The notes below the pieces were generated by a model, which made no database searches, was not told where the DNA came from, and was given only the letters and a program-made list of their open reading frames with translations. From positions 1,853 to 65,852 of the forward strand of contig CAMSWH010000005.1 of assembly GCA_947064765.1 (NCBI GenBank): a stretch of 64,000 bases of DNA, in the 5' to 3' direction. The position numbers were made by a program, and so were the translations under genes. This stretch comes from an uncultured Clostridium sp. Lineage in GTDB: Bacteria; Bacillota; Clostridia; TANB77; CAG-508. Positions 52,947-63,409 of the stretch are shown in pieces. The stretch's first letter is position 1; every line of letters starts with the position of its first letter.

Positions 52947-52966
52947 TAATATAAATTAAATAGTAA

Positions 52967-53052
<86 letters not shown>

Positions 53053-53118
53053 TATATTCTATAACATATGTATCAAACAGGATAGAAATGTCTATTAATA
53101 ACATAAAAGAATAAAATG

Positions 53119-53742
53119 TTATATTAAAGTTATTTTATTTTTATTTTTTTTAATTATATTTTCATCTTTTAATCTTTTAAATTCTCTCATCATAGCAGTT
53201 CTTTCAATCATTAAATAATCAGATAAATCTGTTAAAGAAAAAGGAAGTTCAAAACTTTTACTATTATTTTCAGCAGATAGTAAGTTAAAATATGTTAATA
53301 ATTTTTCTCTAACACTTTTTGTTGTAAGCAGAATCATTCTAAAGTTTTGTTCAGCAATACTATGCATAATAAGATCTGGAAGATTTCTTAAAATATCAAT
53401 ATGATATAAACAATTTTCTGTACAAAGCTCAGCTATATCGTATGGATAAAATAAAACTTTACATTTCTTTTTTGCTAAAACAAAAAGTTCTCTATCCATT
53501 GAGATTTTAAATAGAGATTCTCCAAATATATCATTTGGTCTATAATAATATAAAATTTTTTTATTTCCGTTTTTATCGTATGTAATAAGTTGAGCGTCTC
53601 CTTCAAGCAAAATACAAAACTGATTTCTTTTTACTAAGAAGGTTGTTATAATTTCATTTTCTTGAAATTCTTTAACTTCAACTAATTTACAATTAGCTTG
53701 TAGTTTGGTAGTGAAACTTTTTATATCTAAATTTTTTCTCAT
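53119..53742 (-). CDS. Crp/Fnr-family transcriptional regulator
   Basis: cNMP-binding-like N-domain and C-terminal HTH LTDLSDYLMIERTAMMREFKRLKDENII. Confidence 0.75.
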   Translation of the reverse strand: MRKNLDIKSFTTKLQANCKLVEVKEFQENEIITTFLVKRNQFCILLEGDAQLITYDKNGNKKILYYYRPNDIFGESLFKISMDRELFVLAKKKCKVLFYPYDIAELCTENCLYHIDILRNLPDLIMHSIAEQNFRMILLTTKSVREKLLTYFNLLSAENNSKSFELPFSLTDLSDYLMIERTAMMREFKRLKDENIIKKNKNKITLI

Positions 53743-53834
53743 ATTACTTTTTAGATGCTACTTTAGATTACATCTACTTACTCCTGTTAAAACTTATATT
53801 CTTAATTAGAATATATATAGTATACCACCGAATT

Positions 53835-53848
53835 GTTGCTATAGCAAC
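53835..53848. promoter_or_regulatory. palindrome GTTGCTATAGCAAC
   Basis: A near-identical palindrome, GTTGCTAAAGCAAC, lies at 53979-53992. Both are in the crp/fnr to nrdD-like intergenic region. Confidence 0.4.
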
Positions 53849-53978
53849 ACTAAAAAAATAAAATATTAATTTTAAGCTATTTTGAAAAATATAATAATTT
53901 GTAACATAAATGATATATATTAAAATAAAGCTTTGAAATACGTGGATTTTATGTAATAATTTGTAAAAAATAAAAAAA

Positions 53979-53992
53979 GTTGCTAAAGCAAC
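53979..53992. promoter_or_regulatory. palindrome GTTGCTAAAGCAAC flanked by A7/T7
   Basis: See 53835-53848. Could also act as a short hairpin. Confidence 0.4.
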
Positions 53993-54048
53993 TTTTTTTA
54001 AAATGTATTTACAATAAAATATATTCAAATAAAGATAAGAGGTAACGA

Positions 54049-56103
54049 ATGCAAATAATTAAACGTGATGGAAGAGTTGTAGAATTTAATAAAGAAAGAA
54101 TTGTAAATGCAATAACAAAAGCAATGATTCAAACACCAGATGGAATTGATCTTGATTTAGCAAATAAAATTGCAAGCAGTATTGAAAAGCAACTAGAGAA
54201 TACAGAACAAATTAATGTATATGAAATACAAGATTTAGTAGAAAAAAAGTTAATGGGTTCTAGTAGAAAAGAGGTTGCTCAAAGTTATATAACTTATAGA
54301 TATAATAGGGATATTGCTAGAAGATCAAAAACACAAGAAGTATTCTTGGATATAATAAGTGCAAAAACAAATGATTTTAATCAAAAAACAAATATGGATA
54401 TTCCAAGAATAATGATGATGAGATTTGCATCAGAAGTAATAAAACCTTATGTTGAAGCATTTTTATTATCATCAAATGTAAGAAAAGCGGAAAAAGAAGG
54501 ATATATATATATTTATGATAAAGATTATTATGCAACAAAATCTTTAAATTCTTTTCAATATCCATTAAATAAAATATTAGAAAATAGATTTGAAGTAGGA
54601 AAAGCATTAGGAGATAAACCACAAACAATAGAAGAGGCAATAAATTATATATATATGCCAATGGTAGCAATACAAAAAGAAATTAGTGGTGGGCAATCAA
54701 TTCCAGCATTTGATTATTTTTTAGCGCCATATGTAAAAAATACATATCTTGAAGAAATAAATAAACAAAAAGAATTAGGAATTAATGTAGAAGAATATGA
54801 AGTAGTAGAATATATAAAAAAAGACTTAAAAGGATTATCAGAAAAAGATAGAAATATACAAATAGCAATAAATAACACAATAGATAGAGTACATAAATCT
54901 ATAAAAACATATATACATGATATGAATATAATTTCAATAACTTTAGATAAACAAATGGCTTTTAATACAATAAATTATGGAACAGATACATCACCAGAAG
55001 GAAGATGTATTATAAGAGAAATTTTAGAATTAACTTATGAAGGAATAGGGAATAATGAAACTCCGATATATCCTATCCAAGTTTGGAAAAAGAAAAAAGG
55101 AGTAAATTACCTGCCAGAAGATAAAAATTATGACTTATATAAATTAGCACTAAAAGTTACAACAAAAAGAAAAATTCCAAACTATGTTAATTTAGATACA
55201 AACTTTAATGAAAATAAAATGTGGAAAAAAGATGATAGTCAAAGATGGTATTATGAATGTGCAATTTTAGGTGATGGAGTAAGAATATTTGAAAACAGAC
55301 ATGGAGAAAAAACATCAATAGGAAGAGGAAATTTAGCACAAATTGCAGTAGATATGCCAAAGATTGCGATAGAATCAGCGTTAAAAGCACAAGATAAACT
55401 TGGAGTAAACTTTGAAATAGGTTTAGAAAGTCAAGTTAATATGACAGAAAAATATAAAAATACTGTAATACAAATATTTAAAAATGAATTAGAAAATTAT
55501 TTAGAAATATCAGCTATACAATTATATGAAAGATTTAAATTTCAAGGCACAGGGGTGGCAAATCAATTTCCATTACTAATGTCTGGAATATGGAAAAACA
55601 GCAAAAACTTAGATAAGAATGATACAGTAGAAGAGGTAATAAAAAATGGAACATTAAATATAGGATTTACAGGATTAGCTGAAACATTAATTACTTTAAT
55701 AGGAGAACATCATGGACAATCAAAAGAAGCTCAAAAACTAGGATTAGAAATAGTAACTTTAATAAAAGATTTAGCAGAAGAGTTTTCAGAAAAATATAAT
55801 TTGAATTTTGCAATAATAGCAATATCAAAAGAACTAGAAGAAAAATTTATAAGAAAAGATAGGTTATTATATGGAGATATTAAAGGTGTAACTGATTCAG
55901 AAAGTTATACGAATAGCATTGATATTCCAAAATGGTATAAAACAGAAATAGAAGATAAGATAGAAATAGAAGCACCATATCATGGATTATGTTTAGCAGG
56001 ACATATGTTAGATATTAGTATGGAAAATCTAACAGAACAAGAGTTAGAAAAAATAATAAATTTAATAGATAAATATAATATTGGATATGCTGGAGTAAGT
56101 TAA
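54049..56103 (+). CDS. NrdD-like paralogue: ATP-cone + class III RNR body, without thiyl-Cys motif, Zn ribbon or glycyl-radical tail
   Basis: ATP-cone MQIIKRDGRVVEFNKERIVNAI. The body aligns by eye with the adjacent NrdD (for example GRGNLAQIAVDMPKIA against GRFNQGVVTINLVDVA), but LGDGVRIF replaces MGCRSFL. The protein ends where the neighbour's CQKCG...CPNCG...RRTCGYIG region begins. Confidence 0.65.
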   Translation: MQIIKRDGRVVEFNKERIVNAITKAMIQTPDGIDLDLANKIASSIEKQLENTEQINVYEIQDLVEKKLMGSSRKEVAQSYITYRYNRDIARRSKTQEVFLDIISAKTNDFNQKTNMDIPRIMMMRFASEVIKPYVEAFLLSSNVRKAEKEGYIYIYDKDYYATKSLNSFQYPLNKILENRFEVGKALGDKPQTIEEAINYIYMPMVAIQKEISGGQSIPAFDYFLAPYVKNTYLEEINKQKELGINVEEYEVVEYIKKDLKGLSEKDRNIQIAINNTIDRVHKSIKTYIHDMNIISITLDKQMAFNTINYGTDTSPEGRCIIREILELTYEGIGNNETPIYPIQVWKKKKGVNYLPEDKNYDLYKLALKVTTKRKIPNYVNLDTNFNENKMWKKDDSQRWYYECAILGDGVRIFENRHGEKTSIGRGNLAQIAVDMPKIAIESALKAQDKLGVNFEIGLESQVNMTEKYKNTVIQIFKNELENYLEISAIQLYERFKFQGTGVANQFPLLMSGIWKNSKNLDKNDTVEEVIKNGTLNIGFTGLAETLITLIGEHHGQSKEAQKLGLEIVTLIKDLAEEFSEKYNLNFAIIAISKELEEKFIRKDRLLYGDIKGVTDSESYTNSIDIPKWYKTEIEDKIEIEAPYHGLCLAGHMLDISMENLTEQELEKIINLIDKYNIGYAGVS

Positions 56104-56175
56104 AAAAAGTAGCTACTGAAAATTAAAATTTATATTATAAAATATAAAAATACATTAAAAATTTGGGAGGAAAAA

Positions 56176-58332
56176 ATGAAGATAATTAAAAGAGATGGAT
56201 CAATAGTTGATTATAATCCAGAAAAAATAAGAATTGCAATTCAAAAAGCTAATAATGAAGTTAGAGGAAGAGAAAAAATTTCTAAAGAAAAAATTGAAGA
56301 AATTATTAAATACATAGAAGAACTTGATAAACCAAGAATTTTAGTAGAAGATATACAAGATATCATAGAAGAAAAATTAATGGAATTTGAAAAATACATC
56401 TTAGCAAAAAAATATATCACATACAGATACACAAGAGAATTAATAAGAAAAGCTAATACAACAGATCAATCTATTAAGGAATTAATAGAAGGTGAAAGTG
56501 AATATTGGAATAACGAAAACTCTAACAAAAATGCTAAAGTTGTAACAACACAAAGAGATTATTTAGCTGGAATTACAAGTACAGATATTACCAGAAGATT
56601 TTTATTACCAGAAGATATAGTAAAAGCACATGATGATGGTATTATACATTTTCATGATGCAGATTATTTTGCACAAAATGCTCTTCATAATTGTGAATTA
56701 ATTAACTTAGAAGATATGTTACAAAATGGAACTATAATTAATGGAGTAATGATTGAAAAGCCTCATAGATTTATTACAGCAGCAACAATAGCAACACAAA
56801 TAATACTTGCAGTTACATCATCAAGTTATGGTGGAGCAACAGTGACATTAAGCCATTTAGCACCATTTGTAAGAGATAGTTTTAATAAATATAAAGAAAG
56901 ATATTTAAAAAGAGGACTTGATGAAAAAACAGCTAAAAAGTTTGCTAAACAAGATGCTAAAAAAGAAGTAGAAGATGGAGTACAAACTTTTAATTATCAA
57001 GTAAATTCAATGACAAATACAAATGGACAAGCACCATTTCTATCAGTATGTATGTATTTGGGAGAAACTAAAGAATACAAAGAAGAATTAGCAATGATAA
57101 TTGAAGAATTCTTAAAGCAAAGAATGCAAGGATTTAAAAATGAAAAAGGTGTACCAGTAACACCAGCTTTTCCTAAATTATTATATGTATTAGAAGAAGA
57201 TAATATAAATGAAGACAGTAAATATTGGTATTTAACAGAGCTTGCAGCAAAATGTACAGCTAAAAGATTAGTCCCAGACTATATTTCAGAAAAGAAAATG
57301 TTAGAATATAAAATAGACAGAAATGGTAATGGAAATTGTTATCCATGTATGGGATGTCGTTCATTCTTAACACCATATGTTGATCCAAAAACAAATAAAC
57401 CAAAATATTATGGAAGATTTAATCAAGGGGTTGTAACAATAAACTTAGTTGATGTTGCATTATCATCTGGAAAAGATTTAGAGCTATTCTGGAAAATTTA
57501 TGATGAAAGATTAGAATTATGCCACAGAGCTCTTCAACTTAGACATCAAAGATTAAGTAAAGCAACAAGTGATGTTGCACCAATATTATGGCAACATGGG
57601 GCTTTAGCAAGATTACCAAAAGGAGCAAGCATACATGATTTATTACATGACGGATATTCTACAATATCACTTGGATATGCAGGATTATATGAATGTGTAA
57701 AATATGTAACTGGACGTAGCCATACTGATAATGGAAAAGGTAAAGAATTTGGTTTAGCAGTTATGCAAAAACTTAATGATAAATGTAAAGAATGGAAAGA
57801 AAAGGAAAATATTGATTATAGTGTTTATGGAACACCAATAGAATCAACAACATATAAATTTGCGAAATGTTTAAAAGATAGATTTGGAATAGTAGAAGGA
57901 ATAACAGATAGAGATTATATAACAAATTCTTATCATGTTCCTGTATTTGAAGATATAGATGCTTTCTCAAAATTAAAATTAGAAAGTGAATTCCAAAGAT
58001 TAAGTCCAGGTGGAGCTATTAGTTATGTAGAAACACCTAACTTACAAAATAATATAGAATCTGTATTACAAATAATCAAATTTATTTATGATAATATTAT
58101 GTATGCAGAGTTAAATACAAAATCTGATTATTGCCAAAAATGTGGATTTGATGGAGAAATTTTAATTGATGATGATTTAGAATGGTATTGTCCAAACTGC
58201 GGAAATAGAGATCATAATACTTTAAATGTAGCAAGAAGAACATGTGGTTATATAGGAAGTAATTTTTGGAATAAAGGAAGGACTCAAGAAATAAAAGAAA
58301 GAGTATTACATCTTGATAATAAAGATGATTAG
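56176..58332 (+). CDS. nrdD: anaerobic ribonucleoside-triphosphate reductase
   Basis: ATP-cone, MGCRSFL finger-loop motif, Zn ribbon CQKCG/CPNCG and glycyl-radical motif RRTCGYIG. Confidence 0.9.
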   Translation: MKIIKRDGSIVDYNPEKIRIAIQKANNEVRGREKISKEKIEEIIKYIEELDKPRILVEDIQDIIEEKLMEFEKYILAKKYITYRYTRELIRKANTTDQSIKELIEGESEYWNNENSNKNAKVVTTQRDYLAGITSTDITRRFLLPEDIVKAHDDGIIHFHDADYFAQNALHNCELINLEDMLQNGTIINGVMIEKPHRFITAATIATQIILAVTSSSYGGATVTLSHLAPFVRDSFNKYKERYLKRGLDEKTAKKFAKQDAKKEVEDGVQTFNYQVNSMTNTNGQAPFLSVCMYLGETKEYKEELAMIIEEFLKQRMQGFKNEKGVPVTPAFPKLLYVLEEDNINEDSKYWYLTELAAKCTAKRLVPDYISEKKMLEYKIDRNGNGNCYPCMGCRSFLTPYVDPKTNKPKYYGRFNQGVVTINLVDVALSSGKDLELFWKIYDERLELCHRALQLRHQRLSKATSDVAPILWQHGALARLPKGASIHDLLHDGYSTISLGYAGLYECVKYVTGRSHTDNGKGKEFGLAVMQKLNDKCKEWKEKENIDYSVYGTPIESTTYKFAKCLKDRFGIVEGITDRDYITNSYHVPVFEDIDAFSKLKLESEFQRLSPGGAISYVETPNLQNNIESVLQIIKFIYDNIMYAELNTKSDYCQKCGFDGEILIDDDLEWYCPNCGNRDHNTLNVARRTCGYIGSNFWNKGRTQEIKERVLHLDNKDD

Positions 58333-58449
58333 TGATAATAAAATCAAAATTATTTTATGTATTAAAATATGTTATTTATTGTATAATACATAAAAAAATA
58401 CAGTATAGATTTATGTAAAAATAAGAGGCATAGGAAGGAAAAAACTAAA

Positions 58450-58941
58450 ATGAGATATAACAAAATTAGAAAAATGGATATTTCAAATGGACCAGGTGTA
58501 AGAGTTTCAATATTTATGCAAGGATGCACATTTAACTGTAAACAATGTTTCAATCCAGAAACACATGATTTTAATGGTGGAAAAGAATTTACAGATGAAA
58601 CAATAGATAGAATAGTAGAATTATGTAGTAATGAGAATGTAAAAGGTTTATCTGTTTTAGGTGGAGAGCCATTACATCCAAATAATCTTGAAGGAACAAC
58701 AAAGCTTGTAAAAACATTTAAAGAAAAATTACCAGATAAAAATGTATGGGTATGGTCAGGTTTCTCATTTGATAAAGATTTAAAAGATAAAGAAGTTTTA
58801 AATTATATAGATGTTTTAGTTGATGGACAATATAAAGATGAAGAAAGAAATCCGAAATTAAAATGGAAAGGATCATCAAATCAAAGAGTAATTGATGTGC
58901 CAAAAAGCTTAAAAGAAGATAAAATATTTACTATTGAATAA
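58450..58941 (+). CDS. nrdG: anaerobic RNR activating protein (radical SAM)
   Basis: GPGVRVSIFMQGCTFNCKQCFNPE (CxxxCxxC). 163 aa. Confidence 0.9.
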   Translation: MRYNKIRKMDISNGPGVRVSIFMQGCTFNCKQCFNPETHDFNGGKEFTDETIDRIVELCSNENVKGLSVLGGEPLHPNNLEGTTKLVKTFKEKLPDKNVWVWSGFSFDKDLKDKEVLNYIDVLVDGQYKDEERNPKLKWKGSSNQRVIDVPKSLKEDKIFTIE

Positions 58942-58970
58942 TAATTATCCTCTGGCATAGCTGGAGGATT

Positions 58971-59029
58971 TTCATTAATTTAAGAAGAAACCTCTGGTTA
59001 TACTGGGGGTTTCTTCTTAAATTAATGAA
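58971..59029. repeat. perfect 22-bp inverted repeat (long hairpin)
   Basis: ttcattaatttaagaagaaacc / ggtttcttcttaaattaatgaa with a 15-nt loop. It is flanked by further hairpins at 58947-58969 and 59029-59052. Confidence 0.85.
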
Positions 59030-59462
59030 AAGATTGGATTTCTCCAATCTTTTTGTTTTATATTATTGGAAATTGCTCCGCAATTCCTATAATATAAAGA
59101 CTTCGCAGAATTTGCACATTTCTTAGCTGTGCGAAGCAAAGCAAGCTACAGATAAGTTATGCGCATCAAACAAAGACGAGCCACTTAAATATATTTAAAA
59201 TATTTGAGAATTTAAAAAGAGCTCTTTTGTTCTTATAATTAAGGAATTAAAATTAAATTTTATTTCTTAATTTTTATTTTTTTAGACTAAAAAAATTGTC
59301 GAAAATTGTTCTTTATGTTATAATAAGTAATGATAAAATATTACAGAAATGTAAGATTTATGTAAGAATAATCAATATGAAAAAATAATAAAGTATTATA
59401 GAATGTATTTGATATAACTTAGATTTTTACTCATATAATTATTAAATATTTGGGGTATTAAT

Positions 59463-60104
59463 ATGAAGAAAAGTAAAGTAATAGAGGAATTAATAGTAAT
59501 ATTTTGGTTATTTATTATAGGAAGTATTATAGGACATATTTTTGAAATGACAGTAGTTTTATTTCAAAAAGGATATTTTGAGTCAAGAAGAGGATTACTA
59601 TATGGTCCATTTATACCAGTATATGGTATGGGAGTTGTATTATATTATTTAATATTAAACAATATACATACAGAAAAGAAAACAAAAATATATCTAATTA
59701 CAATGGTACTTGGGGGAATAACTGAATATTTATTTTCATATATTCAAGAAAAAGTTTTTGGTACAATATCATGGGATTATTCATATCTTACATTTAATAT
59801 AAATGGAAGAACAAGTTTATTACATTGTACATATTGGGGAATTGCAGGAGTATTATATGCTATATATATTACACCACTTATAGCAAAAATAAAAGATAAG
59901 TCAGATAATGAGGTTTTAAGATGGATTACAGTTATAGCAGTAGGACTTATGGTTTTAAATGTAATTATTTCTTGGACAGCAGTTTATAGACAAACTGAAA
60001 GAAAACATAATATACCACCAAAAAATAGAATAGATATATTTTTAGATAAACATTATCCAGATGAATTTATAGATAAAATTTTTGCTAATAAAATTGATGT
60101 ATAG
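59463..60104 (+). CDS. polytopic membrane protein (putative ABC-transporter type IV / CmpB-like family)
   Basis: GSIIGHIFEMTVVLFQKGYFESRRGLLYGPFIPVYGMG is typical of that family as I recall it. Confidence 0.5.
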   Translation: MKKSKVIEELIVIFWLFIIGSIIGHIFEMTVVLFQKGYFESRRGLLYGPFIPVYGMGVVLYYLILNNIHTEKKTKIYLITMVLGGITEYLFSYIQEKVFGTISWDYSYLTFNINGRTSLLHCTYWGIAGVLYAIYITPLIAKIKDKSDNEVLRWITVIAVGLMVLNVIISWTAVYRQTERKHNIPPKNRIDIFLDKHYPDEFIDKIFANKIDV

Positions 60105-60183
60105 AAAGAAAATAATTTAAAAGAAAGATAAAGTTTTTAATAAATGTGCTTTCTATCGAAGTACGAAAGGAATGTAGTTTAAA

Positions 60184-60810
60184 GTGAATACAGAAACTAA
60201 TGAAGAAATATTAAATTTGAAATCAAAAGTAAATTTAAACTGTTCTATATGCGATAAATGTTGTGAATATAGAGGGGATATAAAGATAACACCAATAAAT
60301 GTTTTAGAAATAAGTAAGTTTTTAAAAATATCAGTAGAAGAATTTTTAGAAAAATATACTGTAGAAGCTGAAAATGAACCACCAGAGATTGTAATAAAGG
60401 GGGTTGGAGAAAAAAGAAATTGTATATTTAATGATGAAAAAAATTATAAATGTGAAATAAACAAAGTGAAGCCATTACAATGCATAGTTTTTCCATTAGT
60501 GCCAATAGATATAAATAGAGATTTATTTATTAATTCTAAAGCATGCAAAGTAGATACTAAAAAATTTGTAACAGTAGACAAATGGATTAATGGAAACAAT
60601 AAAAATTATAATAGAAATAAAAATATATATTTAAAATGGATTGAGCTCATGGAAGAAATACAACCTAAATGGAATCATTTTTCAAAAGAGAAACAGAGTA
60701 CTATAAAAGAACTATTATTTAAACAATATGATTTAAAAAGAAATTTTGAAAAACAAATAATAGAAAATATAAGAAAAGTAAGAGAAGTAATATATACAAA
60801 GAGTTATTAA
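60184..60810 (+). CDS. YkgJ-type Cys-cluster (CxxCxxCC) protein
   Basis: CSICDKCCEYRG motif. GTG start. Confidence 0.6.
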   Translation: MNTETNEEILNLKSKVNLNCSICDKCCEYRGDIKITPINVLEISKFLKISVEEFLEKYTVEAENEPPEIVIKGVGEKRNCIFNDEKNYKCEINKVKPLQCIVFPLVPIDINRDLFINSKACKVDTKKFVTVDKWINGNNKNYNRNKNIYLKWIELMEEIQPKWNHFSKEKQSTIKELLFKQYDLKRNFEKQIIENIRKVREVIYTKSY

Positions 60811-60958
60811 TTAAAATTGAATTATAAATAGGTAAGATTTTATAATTCAATTTTTTGTTTAAATATCGTCCATTTTTTGTTCTTGAAATAAAGTTAATAT
60901 TTTGATATTATATTTACGAATCTGATGAGAATGATATATAAAAGAAAGGAATAAATAT

Positions 60959-62986
60959 ATGAATAAAAAAAAGAGCCTTATAATTGGAATAGTTTTAGTA
61001 ATTATAGTTTTACTAGCAATAGGAATATTTATATTTATAAAAAATAATAAAGGAGCAACTCCAACTGGTTGTTTAAATGAATATGTATCTTTTATAAAAG
61101 AAGAAAATTACGAATCAATGTATTCATTAATAACTAGTGAAAGTAAAGAAAACATATCAGAAGAGGATTTTATATCAAGGAATAAAAATATATATGATGG
61201 AATATCAATGTCTGATTATAATTTAGAAATAACATCAGAAGAAAAAATAGATAATAATAAATATAGATTAAATTATAATATATCAATGAATACATTAGCA
61301 GGAGAAATAAAATTTTCTGCAAATTCTATTTTAATAAAAAATAAGGAAACAAAAAAGTATGAATTAGAATGGTCTTCTAATTTTATATATCCTAGTTTAG
61401 ATAATACAGATAAAATAAAAGTAAAAACAATAGAAGCTTCAAGAGGTAGTATTTTAGATAGAAATGGAGAAGTCTTAGCAGGTGAAGGAGATGTATCATC
61501 AGTAGGACTTGTTCCAGGAAAAATGAGTGAAAATCAAGAAGATATACAAAAAATATCAGAACTTTTGGATGTATCAGTAGAAACAATTAATAAAGCATTA
61601 AATGCATCTTATGTGAAAAGTGATACTTTTGTTCCTATTAAAAAAGTAGGAGCAAAAGAATTTGGATTAAAAGATAAATTATTAGAAATTAAAGGAGTAA
61701 AAATAAGTACTTCAAAAGATAGAGTATATCCTTTAGCAGAAGCAGCATCTCATTTAATTGGATATATACAAAATGTAACAGCAGAAGATTTAGAAAAAAA
61801 TCCAGAGAAAGGATATAATCAAAATAGTGTAATAGGAAAAGCAGGATTTGAGAAACAATTTGAAGATAGACTAAGAGGAACAGCAGGAAAAGAAATTAAT
61901 ATTGAAGATGAAAAAGGAGTAATAAAAAAGACTATAGCATCAAAAGAAGTACAAAATGGTGAAGATATAAGATTAACAATAGATGCAGGTATTCAATCAA
62001 AATTATATGAAGAGTTAAAAGATGATAAAGGATTTTTTGTTGTAATGAATCCAAAAACAGGAGAACTTTTAGCATTAGTTAGTACACCATCATATGATAA
62101 TAATCAATTTATATATGGAATGGGAACACAAAAATGGAATTCTATTAAAGAAGATGAAAGAAATCCAATGTATTCAAGATATACAAAAAATTGGTGTCCA
62201 GGATCTACATTTAAGCCAGTAACAGCAGCAATAGGATTAACGAGTGGAAAATTAACTGAAGAGGATACTTTTAGTTATGATGATTTAAGCTGGCAAAAAA
62301 GTTCAAGTTGGGGAGATTATAAAATAACAACACTTACAGCATATAGTGGGGCAAAAAATATAAAAAATGCATTAATTCATTCTGATAATATCTTTTTTGC
62401 ACAAGCAGCACTAAAAATTGGAAAAGATGATTTTGCAAAAGGATTAAAAAATATAGGATTTGAAGAAAATCTAAATTTAAACTTAGGATTATCACAATCT
62501 AAAATATCTAATAGTGGGGAAATAAAAACAGAAATAGCTTTAGCAGATAGTGGATATGGTCAGGGAGAAATTTTAGTAAATCCTATTCATATGGCAAGTA
62601 TATATTCAGCATTTGTAAATGATGGAAATATGATAAAACCATATATAGAATATAAAGATAATGCTCAAGCAGAGTATTTAAAAGAAAATGCTTTCTCAAA
62701 AGAAGCAGCAAATATAGTAAAAGAAGATTTAATACAAGTAATAGAAAATCCAGAAGGGACAGCAAATGATATGAAAATTTCAGGTGTTAGTTTAGCTGGA
62801 AAAACTGGAACAGCAGAATTAAAAGCATCAAAAGATGAAACAGCAGAAACTTTAGGATGGTTTAATTTAATAACTACTGATGAGAATTCAGATAAACAAT
62901 ATGTAGTAGTGAGTATGGTAGAAGATGCTAGAGATTTAGGAGGTAGCCATTATTTAATTAAGAAGATAAGAGCATTATTTGAATAA
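60959..62986 (+). CDS. class B penicillin-binding protein with NTF2-like (MecA_N-type) N-domain
   Basis: Signal anchor, then STFK, HSDN and KTGT motifs in order. Confidence 0.85.
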   Translation: MNKKKSLIIGIVLVIIVLLAIGIFIFIKNNKGATPTGCLNEYVSFIKEENYESMYSLITSESKENISEEDFISRNKNIYDGISMSDYNLEITSEEKIDNNKYRLNYNISMNTLAGEIKFSANSILIKNKETKKYELEWSSNFIYPSLDNTDKIKVKTIEASRGSILDRNGEVLAGEGDVSSVGLVPGKMSENQEDIQKISELLDVSVETINKALNASYVKSDTFVPIKKVGAKEFGLKDKLLEIKGVKISTSKDRVYPLAEAASHLIGYIQNVTAEDLEKNPEKGYNQNSVIGKAGFEKQFEDRLRGTAGKEINIEDEKGVIKKTIASKEVQNGEDIRLTIDAGIQSKLYEELKDDKGFFVVMNPKTGELLALVSTPSYDNNQFIYGMGTQKWNSIKEDERNPMYSRYTKNWCPGSTFKPVTAAIGLTSGKLTEEDTFSYDDLSWQKSSSWGDYKITTLTAYSGAKNIKNALIHSDNIFFAQAALKIGKDDFAKGLKNIGFEENLNLNLGLSQSKISNSGEIKTEIALADSGYGQGEILVNPIHMASIYSAFVNDGNMIKPYIEYKDNAQAEYLKENAFSKEAANIVKEDLIQVIENPEGTANDMKISGVSLAGKTGTAELKASKDETAETLGWFNLITTDENSDKQYVVVSMVEDARDLGGSHYLIKKIRALFE

Positions 62987-63032
62987 TATATATAAAGGAA
63001 ATTGTAATTATTAAATTATGGTTTCCTTTTTT

Positions 63033-63069
63033 ATTTAGTAGGAAAGTTCTTTGAACTTTCCTACTAAAT
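63033..63069. repeat. perfect 16-bp inverted repeat hairpin
   Basis: atttagtaggaaagtt / aactttcctactaaat with a 5-nt loop. Downstream of the PBP terminator. Confidence 0.8.
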
Positions 63070-63251
63070 AAAAGCTTCGCTAATTTTGCACACAATTTTG
63101 CATAACAAAATCGGTGCATTAGGACAAATACTTGGACAATTCAGTAAGGTTTTATTTTTTTTATATTGAATATTGCCCACTTTTGTTCTAAAAATATTTT
63201 ATAGGAAGTAAATTTATATTCAAAATGTGTTTACATAATGATTTACAGATA

Positions 63252-63280
63252 TTGACATTTTGATGAAAAAAAGCTATAAT
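63252..63280 (+). promoter_or_regulatory. consensus sigma-A promoter
   Basis: TTGACA (63252-63257), 17-nt spacer, TATAAT (63275-63280). Confidence 0.6.
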
Positions 63281-63409
63281 AGTAATAAGGTGTCGTTTTA
63301 GCGCCTTGTATTAATGTGGCTGTTATTTAAGCCACAGCTCCCAAAAACGATCAACAATAGTTTATGGGAAGAAAGAACATTCAAAATTTCATATTTATGG
63401 AGGTGTCAA

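Noticed and set aside
53774-54028. 84-aa minus-strand ORF in the crp/fnr to nrdD-like intergenic region
   Set aside because: Extremely AT-rich low-complexity product with no SD. The region is better explained as promoter/operator DNA containing the two palindromes.
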